From contig CAXTYC010000001.1 in assembly GCA_964248365.1 (NCBI GenBank), positions 1 to 64,000 on the forward strand: a stretch of DNA of 64,000 nt, given 5' to 3'. Below, in pieces: positions 1 to 9,855 of this stretch; positions within the stretch are counted from its first letter, which is position 1, and the number at the start of each line of letters is the position of its first letter. The notes beneath the pieces were generated by a model that was not told the DNA's origin, did no database searches, and saw only the letters and a list, made by a program, of their open reading frames with translations. Both the position numbers and the translations under genes were made by a program. This DNA is from an uncultured Chroococcidiopsis sp. GTDB taxonomy: Bacteria; Cyanobacteriota; Cyanobacteriia; Cyanobacteriales; Chroococcidiopsidaceae.

Positions 1-177
1 AGGGAAATTAACCAAATCTATCGTTGCATCAATTGCTGGGCGCAGGTATATACTTGATGCTTTATCTGTTGCCTGATTTTAGAGAATTGGTATAAATCTG
101 TGCTAAATTATGCTCGATTCTGAGTGCTGATGTCCATTTTTGCCCTTTCTTGTCTATGTATGTCCGCAGCAAGGAAA

Positions 178-211
178 AGCCCAAAACCTTGATTTATAAA
201 GGTTTTGGGCT
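178..211. other. Perfect 13-bp inverted repeat with 8-nt loop just outside the att repeat (terminator-like or att-associated site)
   Basis: AGCCCAAAACCTT-gatttata-AAGGTTTTGGGCT. Confidence 0.55.
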
Positions 212-242
212 GTAGTTTTTGATATATAAGGAGTTTGTGAGA

Positions 243-289
243 ATGGCTCAAGGCAGATTTGAACTGCCGACCTTGGGCTTATGAGTCCC
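243..289 (-). repeat. att site: displaced 3' half of tRNA-Met
   Basis: ATGGCTCAAGGCAGATTTGAACTGCCGACCTTGGGCTTATGAGTCCC is identical to 32698-32744 and diverges right after the anticodon arm. Confidence 0.95.
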
Positions 290-335
290 AAGAAGAGTCG
301 ATGTTTACCAGTAATTACAGACTTCGACAAATAAT

Positions 336-360
336 TTTACCCCAATCTTACCCCAATAAT
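336..360 (+). repeat. Putative integrase arm-type sites, left end (tandem TTACCCCAA)
   Basis: TTTACCCCAATCTTACCCCAATAAT is identical to 32594-32618. Confidence 0.75.
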
Positions 361-536
361 CTTGAGTAGTACCTCATTCACTTGTCAATCGCTGGTCAAC
401 TTTCTCGAAAAATATTTGCTCAAAAATATTATCTAGAGATTCAACGGTCAACTAGCCCCAACCGTCACAGCTATTGTCTGTAGCTACGGCACTTGCTAAT
501 TATCAATGTATTGCAAGTAATACAAGTACAACAACA

Positions 537-792
537 ATGCTAACTGTCAGATTAGACGAAGAAACAGAACGACAGCAGGCAGATATCCTGGCTCACGAAA
601 AAGATACTAATCGTAGTGAATTGATTAAACGCCTTATCCGCGATCGCGCTTCTGACATTGCAGGTAGGTAAAACTCTGGTGGAGAGACGGGGTGGACACC
701 CCCAGCATCTACTACAGGATGCTCCAACCGATTTATCAGAACGTCAAAACCGCTCATGCGCGATTGCTGAATATTTCAAGCACAGCTTTTGA
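537..792 (+). pseudogene. CopG/ribbon-helix-helix DNA-binding protein, frameshifted
   Basis: MLTVRLDEETERQ..NRSELIKRLI from ATG 537; a plausible C-terminus (LTLQVGKTLVERRGGHPQHLLQDAP...HSF*) continues in another frame after the HIP1 site at ~640-650. Confidence 0.65.
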
Positions 793-821
793 ATTCAAGA
801 GGATTGGTCAATCTGAGAAGG

Positions 822-1235
822 TCATAGATTATTAGACCAGATTGAAATCACTGGTATGCTTTTAGTACGGTGAATAGACTTTTCCGGCTTCTCGTTAGTA
901 ATAAATTCCTCTGTGCCAATTAGCACGGCTGCTGCTACGTGCAGGGCATCCATCGCCCCTAATCCCGATTCACTCACTTCTCGATAGGCATTTTGGATAA
1001 TTAGGTCAGTATCTTCTGCCCAGTAAGAGACTGCATCAAAGTATTCCTCATAAAACCGAATTTCACCAGTGCGATTGTTATAAATTGCTTTAGGCAGTAC
1101 CTCTAATTTCAGGAAGATGCTAGATGCGAAGTCACAATTAGGATCTCTAAGAATTGCTAAGGCTCTTTGGGCAATAGCTCCCTCACCCCGTGCGGCAGCA
1201 ATTAGCACGCCTGAATCAAGAAATGTGCAAGTCAC
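822..1235 (-). CDS. PIN-domain (VapC-like) toxin
   Basis: N-terminal FLDSGVLIAA, acidic MDALHVAAA and FITNE motifs; overlaps the upstream small gene by 4 bp. Confidence 0.88.
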   Translation of the reverse strand: MTCTFLDSGVLIAAARGEGAIAQRALAILRDPNCDFASSIFLKLEVLPKAIYNNRTGEIRFYEEYFDAVSYWAEDTDLIIQNAYREVSESGLGAMDALHVAAAVLIGTEEFITNEKPEKSIHRTKSIPVISIWSNNL

Positions 1236-1513
1236 TCAACGTCTTCCTGATCTCCGCCTCTACGCTCGGCTTTTTCACGCTCAACTCCCTCCCAATCCAG
1301 CAAAGGTTCGCCAGAGGCAACGATTTCCTCGCGAATCTGTTGTAACCTTTCGCCTAGCGTTGACTTAGACTTCGGTTCGGCTACTTGCCTGGTTGCAGTG
1401 GCTTTCTTTAATTCCAAAAACTCTACAAAATCAATCACTTCTTGTTGCCGATCAGGAGGTAGCGATCGCCATTTCTCCAGTAACAATTGTTCAGTGTCCA
1501 TATACCTCTCCAT
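1232..1513 (-). CDS. DUF2281-like antitoxin
   Basis: LLEKWRSLPPDRQQEVIDFVEFL signature; coupled to the PIN gene. Confidence 0.8.
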   Translation of the reverse strand: MERYMDTEQLLLEKWRSLPPDRQQEVIDFVEFLELKKATATRQVAEPKSKSTLGERLQQIREEIVASGEPLLDWEGVEREKAERRGGDQEDVE

Positions 1514-1861
1514 TTTCTAGTAACACTGTCTTGGTGGCTTTCTCTAACACCTGATGTTTTTTGTTTATAGTATCTTTATCTCTTGCAATAATTATTTTAC
1601 AGCTTTCTTATAAAAACAGGATTATTATTTAAATATAAATTTACCAAATTATTATTTGAAAATTTATTTTGAACCAAATATTTTAGATAGACATTTTCTT
1701 TAGTTCCAAGTCTTCAATTTTCTATATCTAGACTTGTACCTATCACATTGAGAGCGAAAATTTCAAAAATTATCACAAGGCGATTCGATTTTTTAGAAGC
1801 TTCAGACAAATCACTGTCAGTAAATATCCTACTAAATTACTAAAATTAGTAAGCATTCTTT

Positions 1862-4522
1862 ATGTTTGAAAAATATCTTTCACAATTTCAGTTGGCGCTT
1901 AATGATGAAGTTAGAGTCTTAAGAAAAAGCGGTGGGCAAAAAACATTCTTGAGCGATGGTTGCTATTTAGGCAAACGCTCAGTTCAGTAAGTCTATTCCT
2001 TCACGGCTGATACAGAACTACGCTTTCCAGATGATACACCAGTCGATTTAGAGTATCGTGGTAAAAAGTATAGAGGCACTATTATCTCTATTGAAGGATT
2101 TGAGCTAATTCTAGGATTAGAAAATCACATTGGGGACGCAATCGCTACAGCAATATTATTCACCGCTCCTTGGTTTCTGCTAGAGGAACTGAAAAAACGT
2201 TTGGAAGAAGTCAAAAACCTCAAGAGTGCTAACATTTCCCTGGCTGTAAAACTTCTAGGAAAAACCGCAGAATCTATTCTCGCTACTAATAATCAAGCCT
2301 ACATACTACTTAACAAGTTAGAGCAACAACTAGGAAAGCCAATTAAGTATAACGAAAATCAACTGCTAGCTGTTGATAAAATTCTCTCCCAAAATGCTAG
2401 CTTCATTTGGGGACCACCTGGTACTGGTAAAACCAAAACGCTTGGCATGGCGGTAGCTGCACTCGTACAGGCTGGCGAGTCCGTGCTAGTAGTTGCCCAC
2501 AGCAATGCGGCTGTAGATGTAGCAATGCTGAGTGTGGCTCAGTATTTACAAGCTTCACCTGTCTATAAAAATGGTTTGGTATTGCGTTATGGAGTGTCTA
2601 ATCTGTCGAGCCTCGATCATTTTCCTCAACTTCACGTCAGGGGTGTGCTGCATCAACACAACCCAGCTTTGTTATCGCAAATTGAGCAACTAGAAAAGCA
2701 GAAGAAAAGCTTGATTCAGCAGTCGCGGAATGAAAAATTAAATGATTTACAACGTCAACAGCTTAAAACTCAAATAGCTCAAGTTAAACAAAATTTACAG
2801 CCACTCAAAGAGCATCTGAAAGAAAAAGAAGCAGAGCTGATTCGGCAAGCCAATGTTGTCGGCTGCACTCTATCTAAAGCCGCGATCGCCCAAGAAGTTT
2901 ACCAACGTCGCTTTGATGCCGTAGTCATAGATGAAGCAAGCATGGCTTACATTCCCCACTGTGCTTTTATTAGTACTCTAGCGCATCGTCGAGTTGCTGT
3001 TTTTGGCGACTTTCGGCAGTTGGGACCAATTTCGCAGGCAGACACCGAAGCGACTAGGGAATGGTTACAGCGAGATATTTTTGATCAGGCTGGAATTACT
3101 GCTTCAGTTAAAAGAGGATGTACCGACCCAAGATTGGTGTTACTGAAAATCCAGTATCGTATGCATCCAGACATTGCTGCTATACCTAATCACCTTTTTT
3201 ACGACACTCAGCTAGTAGACGGCGCAGGAGTAAAGGAACAAACAACATCTATTGTCCAGAATCCACCCAGTTCTGGAAATGCGCTTATCCTTTACGATCT
3301 TACTAAATTGTCAGCTTTCTGCTTCAGCTACGAAGAATCTCACAGCCGCTTTAACGTTATATCAGCTTTAGTAGCAGTTAATCTGGCATATGCTAATGTT
3401 CAAGCAGGTAATTCCAATATAGGAATTATTACCCCTTATAATGCTCAGTCTCGCTTGATTCATCGCTTGTTAAAAGATTTATCGATTGCCCAAAAGCAGG
3501 TGAAGGTAGCAACAGTACATCGCTTTCAGGGGTCGGAACAAGATGTGATTATATTTGATACGGTTGAAGGTCCACCACGAGAAAAGCCAGGACTACTAGT
3601 AACTGGCGGAATGGATAGCACAGCTATGCGACTTGCCAACGTAGCGATTAGTAGAGCTAGAGGAAAATTTGTTGGAATTGTCAATTACTCTTATCTCCAA
3701 AATAAGCTCAATTCATTTAATATCTTTCGTAAACTGATCGATCGGGTGGCAGCGCGAGCAAGCGTTCATTCTATTACCTGGTCAAAAGAGGCATCTGCTA
3801 ATAACTGGAATTTAGATCTCCCAGGAGTAACCTGTTTCCCGAATAGTCACGCAGCGTCGAGGCAGATTGAATCGGAGATTGTCAAGGCTAAAGAAGAAAT
3901 CGCTATTAACTGGTCAACCTCGCTGGCTAAACACCATTTTTCTGCTTCTATTCTCAAACAATGTCATCCAGAGCGCGTTCGCTTTTTTATTACCGGACAA
4001 GGTTATCAAAGTTTTGCTATTGGGCTACAGAATACTCAAATTTGGCAGGCGGGATCGCAACTCAATATTAGTTTAGTTGGTATCGATCGCCAGTGCTTAT
4101 GGGTATACCTTAATCCAGCCTCCCCCGCTGGAGTTGTATTGCGCCTAGACTTACCACAAACAGTTAAGCTCCTCTATGCTTTTTGGCGGCTAGTACCTAG
4201 TGAGGAAGTTAAGCAAGATACCCTATTAGAAAAGATTCGTAAAGGTCAAAGTCCAGTAGGGATGCCTTGTCCTGTGTGCGGAGGTCTTTTGTATCCTACT
4301 GTCGGCAAGTATGGTGCTTATCTAGCTTGTACTAATAAGAATAAATGTCATTACACTAAATCAATGACCTGTACCGATGCTACTAACTGGGCGCGTCTAA
4401 ACAATACTAAGTGTACACAATGCAGTTTTCAAGTAAAAGGTTGTAAAGGCTATAAAGGTGTTTTTCTCAGATGTACAAACTCAAAATGTGATGGGTGGGC
4501 ATCATTAGAAAATTTCGTATAG
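1862..4522 (+). pseudogene. SF1B (Upf1/Dna2-like) helicase with degenerate PLD-like domain and C-terminal topoisomerase-type Zn fingers; in-frame stop at 1988-1990
   Basis: GPPGTGKT, VIDEASM, GDFRQLGP, QYRMHPDI, TVHRFQGSE, NVAISRAR; CPVCGG..YLACTN Zn ribbons; ATG 1862 is in frame with ORF 2201-4522 apart from one TAA. Confidence 0.8.
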
Positions 4523-4554
4523 ATCTTCCAAAATTTACTCCTTTTCACAAAACC

Positions 4555-5301
4555 TCACGACCGTGCAGCTTTTCGTTGTCCAGCAGGAATTACATATTCA
4601 AAACCAGGGCAGTTTCTCACAATTCCATCGCCGCTAGGATTCATTTTTTTGGGATTCTCCGTGTATTGCCGCTGGCAGTTTTTTCGCACCCGTAGCGCAA
4701 GACTTGCTAGTACGCGATTATTGACAGCATCGGCTGTGTTGTATTCATGAAGCTTGCCAGCAAAGAACGCTAGAGTCCCCCACGCCACTAATGCAGCAAT
4801 CGGCATCGCGTAGGCAAGTTTAACCGAATTTATGGCAATTTTCTTCGCTGCGTGGATTAAGAGCAGCACTTGCTTTTGTTCTTGAATCAGGCTAGAAGTC
4901 GCATCAACCAGACCAATTGAAATCGTCTGTAGATTTTGTCGCTCTGTATCCAGACTTTTGAGAGCGTCATCTAATTTTTGCTCTAAACTGCTGTGGCGAT
5001 CACCCAATGCTATCAGCCTGTCTTCAACTAGTTACGCCGACTGTTGGATCTCTTCTTTAGCTTGTACGATCCTGCCATCTGACCTGCCCAATTCTTCTAC
5101 TGCCGCAATATTTTGAGCCACGCAGAAATAGAAATCAAACAACTCGTTATCAAGAAAATATTGGTTGTCGCTCAACCACTCATATACGCGCTGTTGGGTA
5201 GTGGTAGGCTCACTCTTGAGTCTTTCGGTAAGCAAGGCTTGTAACTGGGCTTGTCGATCGCTCAGAGAAATTTTATTTCTACGACTGATTTGATTCATCA
5301 A
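4555..5301 (-). pseudogene. Mobilization-region coiled-coil/membrane protein split by an in-frame stop at 5032-5034
   Basis: ORFs 5032-5301 and 4555-5007 share a frame and are joined by ..SA*LVEDRLIALGDR..; C-terminal hydrophobic helix. Confidence 0.6.
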
Positions 5302-6065
5302 TTGTTTGCCCTGAGATTTTCTACGCTAAAGTCAGCCACAGCTAATACATCGTAGGCTCGGCGCAGGTATGCCCGTAACCCAGCTAGTTGAGCCGTACTA
5401 AATCCCTTGTAACGACGTGCCTCTGTAAAACTCAAGGTGTTTTTATAGATTTCCGTCGCCGTATCTTCTCTCAGCTTCGGTAAGTCTATGGCTCGGATAC
5501 CAAACTGCTGTATCAGTTCTGATGTGATGAAGCTATCGAAGCTATCCCACTCTTCGCACTTACCTAAATTTCTCACCAAAATATGCTTGACCTTATCCTG
5601 CATGAATTCTAGAGTCCGCAAAAAACCTTCATAACACTCCTGCGAATCATCGAGTAAATACCAGTTCTGAATTTCAACTCCTAGATCGATCGCGGCTGCT
5701 AGAATATCTCCAGCATTCAACCAGTGATTGAATCCTTCCTCTACATTTCCAGGTAAATCCAGCAAAACCAACTTTTCCAGCGCTAAATCCAGTATGCGAT
5801 CGGGAATCTTCAAATGGCGGTCTAGTTCGCTAAACTTCGTCGGCTGGACGAATTGGGGGTAAGCTTTAATAAAACTTTCCTGGCGGTCGGCATCCACTGC
5901 ATAGCAATCTAACCCTGCTTCCAAACAGTAAGCGGCTTTCAGCTTCGAGAGTAGAGTTTTGCCAACTCCACCCTTTTTACAATTTGATAGATGAATGGCG
6001 GGACGAGTGGGAACGATCGCATCCGTTTGCTCTGATACTACTTGGGATTGTTTAGCTCTAGCCAC
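5298..6065 (-). CDS. ParA/MinD-family ATPase (StbB/MobD-like)
   Basis: Deviant Walker A KGGVGKT, VDAD, LLDLPG; divergent from the relaxase. Confidence 0.8.
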   Translation of the reverse strand: MARAKQSQVVSEQTDAIVPTRPAIHLSNCKKGGVGKTLLSKLKAAYCLEAGLDCYAVDADRQESFIKAYPQFVQPTKFSELDRHLKIPDRILDLALEKLVLLDLPGNVEEGFNHWLNAGDILAAAIDLGVEIQNWYLLDDSQECYEGFLRTLEFMQDKVKHILVRNLGKCEEWDSFDSFITSELIQQFGIRAIDLPKLREDTATEIYKNTLSFTEARRYKGFSTAQLAGLRAYLRRAYDVLAVADFSVENLRANN

Positions 6066-6080
6066 AACTACCCACCTCTT

Positions 6081-6497
6081 TTATTTATTGGAGAACAATC
6101 GCTCGGCAGCTTCTTGCTTGATGTTTGGCAGAATGGCAGCAGGTTGAGTGTTGGCATCTTTAATCACTACCTCTGGTTTCCTAGTTGCTGGTGCAGGCAC
6201 GGCAGGAGGAAGAATAGAATCAGAGCGATCAAAGCTATCTCCTGCTTCTTTCTCCAGCTGGCGGCGATACTCCGTGTGGTATTGCTTCAAAGTAGCAGCA
6301 CTAATCTTGACTCCACTTTCGGCAATCGATCTTGCTAGATCGTCATATTCACAGCCCCTAGCCAAAGCCGCCTCAATTCTCAAATGCAATTTGGCTACTA
6401 ATTGCCTCAAATAACCAGGTTGGGCAGCTTTACTTTTCGTTTGATCAATTTTTTTGGCGATCGCCTTTTCTAAGAGGCTGAAGTCAGTTTCATTCAT
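6081..6497 (-). CDS. Putative oriT-accessory DNA-binding protein (StbA/TraK-like)
   Basis: IEAALARGCEYDDLARSIAESGVKISAATLKQY helix-turn-helix-like segment; first gene beside the putative oriT. Confidence 0.55.
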   Translation of the reverse strand: MNETDFSLLEKAIAKKIDQTKSKAAQPGYLRQLVAKLHLRIEAALARGCEYDDLARSIAESGVKISAATLKQYHTEYRRQLEKEAGDSFDRSDSILPPAVPAPATRKPEVVIKDANTQPAAILPNIKQEAAERLFSNK

Positions 6498-6864
6498 GTC
6501 GTACTCCCCAAGACTAATTAGCTATGGTAGTGTATCAACAGCCAGCCAGGACGCGGCAAGAACGGCGTTTTGGATGCACCCTGGCGGGTAAATCTTACTC
6601 GGACAAATTCAGCTATATACGCGGGGAATCCCACACCTGATGCACCCTTACAGAGTGCGAAATAAAGGTACTGCCATCCTCGGATAAAGCTACAAAATAT
6701 TGATTTTGGTAAAGAAATAGTAATAAAGCAATCTCGGATGAAAACTTCATTTGGGCAAGTGATCGCCAGTTAGCAACTACTGGTGTCCGAGAACGATGTT
6801 GATCGGTAATTAGCTAAGTCTTTCGCCGTAAATTTAGCAATCATTATTCCCCCCAGATTCTTAT
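6498..6864. other. Putative oriT / divergent promoter region
   Basis: Non-coding gap between the stb-like operon and the relaxase; direct repeat GATGCACCCT at 6573-6582 and 6639-6648. Confidence 0.5.
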
Positions 6865-9855
6865 ATGGTTTGTTCAATTGGTAGGCTCTATGCCAAAGTC
6901 GAGGACTACACCCAAAGCGACAGTTACTACATTAAAGGTGGAGGTCTTAATCAGTCAGAATGGTATGGCAAAGGTGCGGCTCGACTAGAATTGAGCGGCA
7001 CGGTAAAACCGGAAGACTATCACAAAGCGTACAAAGGGTTAGATCCAGAAGGCAAAGCTTTACGACAGCAGCAGGCAGGCAAGAAGCAAAACCCAGGTAG
7101 AGATATCACTCTATCCGCGCCTAAATCAGTTGCTCTGATTGGCTTAGTCAAAGGTGATCGGCAAGTACTGCTAGAACATAAAGCAGCAGTCCGCACCACA
7201 ATAGACTACGTAGAGCGCAACTGCATATTTACCAGAACTGGTAAGGGAGGAAAGGAGCGTTATCAAACTGACAATGCTTTATTTGCCATCTTCCACCACG
7301 ACGACAACCGCAACCAAGATCCGCTAGTCCATAGCCACTGCATCGCATTCAATCAGACAGCAGGAGCGGATGGAAAGTGGCGCTCGATGGATAACCGCGA
7401 ACTTTACCAGCAAAAGATGACTATCGGCATGGTCTATCATCACGAGCTGGGCAGAAGACTAAAAGCATTAGGGTACGAGCTAGAGTGGAATCGTGACGGC
7501 ACCTTCGAGGTTGCAGGCTATAGCCAACAACAGCTAGAAGTTTTTAGCACTCGCCGCTCGGAGATCGTTGCCGCTGTTGGCATGGATGCGAGTGCCGAAG
7601 TCAAAGCCCAAGCTTGCACGACAACTCGTAAAAACAAGACTTATAAAACAGTAGAGGAGAGAGAATCGCTAGAAGTAACTTGGCGGCAACGAGCAGAAGC
7701 AGCAGGAATCGAGCATCCGCAGCCAAAACTGCGGCAAAACCTCGAAGAATCTTATAACCACTCCTCACACCCAGGTAGTACAGCCGAGCTGTTACGCAGC
7801 GCGATTGAAGTCAAGTGCGATCGCTCTGTTGCTTTCCCCCGTCATAAACTATTAAAAGAAACTTTGAGACAGTCACAGGGTAACTACAGCCTAGAGGAAT
7901 TAGAGCAGGCAATTGATCGCGATCGCAATTTAGTAAAAACCAAAGATGGAAGATTAACTACCACCCAAGCACTAGGACGGGAGGTAGAAATCTTGCAAAA
8001 TGCTCAACTCCACAGAAACGGCTATACTCCTCTTGCCACTACTAAAGCTGCCAAAGAAAAAGCCCAACAGGTTAGTTTGAATGCAGCTCAAGAGAATGCT
8101 TTGGTGCATTTTGCCACCAATCGAGATGCAGTAATGCTATGTCAGGGAGATGCTGGAGTCGGCAAGACATATACGCTCAAAGCACTGCAAGAAATCGTTA
8201 AAACAGACCAACAAGTAAGAGGCTTAGCTCCCAGTGCCTCTGCCGCTGAAGTCCTACAACAAGAAGCAGGGATTGCCTGTCAAACGCTTGATGCCTATCT
8301 CACAACCCCATGTCAGTCTCTACCCCAGAACGAGTTAATTGTGGTGGATGAAGCTGGAATGGTTAGTAGCTCTCAGATGCAAGCTTTACTGGAGCGATTG
8401 CAACAGACTAACTCTAGAGTAATTCTGGTTGGCGACACCAAACAGCTTTGGGCAGTAAAAGCTGGCTCTCCCTTCAGATTGCTGCAAGAAAAAGCTCAAC
8501 TGCCTACCGTGCGGATCGATTTGAATGTCCGCCAGCAAAACCCGCAGCTTAAAGAAATTGTGGATTTGATCGCGGTTGATAAAATCGAGCAGGGCTATCA
8601 AAGACTGCAAGAACAGGGCAATATCAAGCAAATCCCTATCGATAGCAAGCGGATTCAAGCAGTCGTCAACGATTACCTAAGTCGGGAGCGGGAAAAACAA
8701 ACCAAAACTCTCATCCTAGCTGGCACTAATGCAGAAAAGCAGACTATTACTTCCCAGGTGCGCCAGGGATTGATTGATCGAGGTCGGCTTGGTAAGGAAG
8801 CGCGAGAAATTTACGTTCTCAAGCGCAAAGATTTAACTAAATTCAGCATTACTCAATCTAGCAGCTATGAGTTAGGCGAAGTTGTGAAGTTTCACAAGGA
8901 CTCATCCAAATTCAGCAAAGACTTGTACTACCGCATCGATGGTAAGGATGCTAAAACCCAAACACTGGCTCTTAGAGACAAATACGGTACTACCCAGACA
9001 CTAGAGCTGAATAAATATAAAGAACGCGAAGTTTATCAAGCTCAAACCAAGGAAATCCGTTCTGGTGAGCAGATGAAGTTTACCCGCAATCAGTATCAGC
9101 AGAATCAAATTAATGGGCAGCGCTTCACCGTCGTAGGATTCACAGATGCGGGGCAGGCAATCGTCCAGACAAGGGGTAAAACTCAAAATCTAAATTTTGA
9201 TGCCCTTTTGCACTCAGATTACAGCTACGTGGACACCGTACACGGCAGCCAAGGTAAAACTGCCGATTACTGTATTTACATCGCTAGTTCAAGTAATTCT
9301 CCAACAGTAGGGAAAGAGAGCTTTTACGTAGCTGCTTCGCGAGCTAGACAAGAATTTATCGTCTACACTGCTCATGCCGAGCATCTAGGGCTATCGGTGC
9401 AACAGTCCAGGGCGCAAGAGAATGCGTTGTTACTAATCCCAAGGCAGTCTGCTACCCAAAGCTACTCAAGCCCAGTAGCAATAACTAATCAGTCACCATC
9501 TCAGCTAATTGAACTACAGCCATCGATGCCAACACCCCCTCCTACACAGGAGCAGGAATTTAAGCTTTTGATGCAGTCAAAGTATCTAGTTGAGAAACAA
9601 GGGCAGCTAAATCCCCAAAATCCCAAGGAAAAGATTTACCAGTCAACCGACGGTACGGAAATTAAGCTCAGTGGCGATCGCCTCAAGGTTACACAGGGGA
9701 GGCTAGAACTAGCATTTAGCCCAGATAATGCGACTGTGAAAAACACCTTTTCTTGCGAGCAAATGCAGGCGCAAATTAAAGCCCGAACAGCCGAAGTACA
9801 AAATTACATTGCAATGGATCGAGCCAATCATCGTGGATGGGAGATAAGCATATGA
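6865..9855 (+). CDS. MOBF (TrwC/TraI-type) relaxase-helicase
   Basis: N-terminal Tyr motif (DY..SDSYY), DITLSAPKSV, HUH motif HDDNRNQDPLVHSH, RecD-like GDAGVGKT, VVDEAGM, TVHGSQGKT. Confidence 0.95.
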   Translation: MVCSIGRLYAKVEDYTQSDSYYIKGGGLNQSEWYGKGAARLELSGTVKPEDYHKAYKGLDPEGKALRQQQAGKKQNPGRDITLSAPKSVALIGLVKGDRQVLLEHKAAVRTTIDYVERNCIFTRTGKGGKERYQTDNALFAIFHHDDNRNQDPLVHSHCIAFNQTAGADGKWRSMDNRELYQQKMTIGMVYHHELGRRLKALGYELEWNRDGTFEVAGYSQQQLEVFSTRRSEIVAAVGMDASAEVKAQACTTTRKNKTYKTVEERESLEVTWRQRAEAAGIEHPQPKLRQNLEESYNHSSHPGSTAELLRSAIEVKCDRSVAFPRHKLLKETLRQSQGNYSLEELEQAIDRDRNLVKTKDGRLTTTQALGREVEILQNAQLHRNGYTPLATTKAAKEKAQQVSLNAAQENALVHFATNRDAVMLCQGDAGVGKTYTLKALQEIVKTDQQVRGLAPSASAAEVLQQEAGIACQTLDAYLTTPCQSLPQNELIVVDEAGMVSSSQMQALLERLQQTNSRVILVGDTKQLWAVKAGSPFRLLQEKAQLPTVRIDLNVRQQNPQLKEIVDLIAVDKIEQGYQRLQEQGNIKQIPIDSKRIQAVVNDYLSREREKQTKTLILAGTNAEKQTITSQVRQGLIDRGRLGKEAREIYVLKRKDLTKFSITQSSSYELGEVVKFHKDSSKFSKDLYYRIDGKDAKTQTLALRDKYGTTQTLELNKYKEREVYQAQTKEIRSGEQMKFTRNQYQQNQINGQRFTVVGFTDAGQAIVQTRGKTQNLNFDALLHSDYSYVDTVHGSQGKTADYCIYIASSSNSPTVGKESFYVAASRARQEFIVYTAHAEHLGLSVQQSRAQENALLLIPRQSATQSYSSPVAITNQSPSQLIELQPSMPTPPPTQEQEFKLLMQSKYLVEKQGQLNPQNPKEKIYQSTDGTEIKLSGDRLKVTQGRLELAFSPDNATVKNTFSCEQMQAQIKARTAEVQNYIAMDRANHRGWEISI

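Noticed and set aside
243..289. Second tRNA gene
   Set aside because: Only the 3' half is present; it is the att duplication
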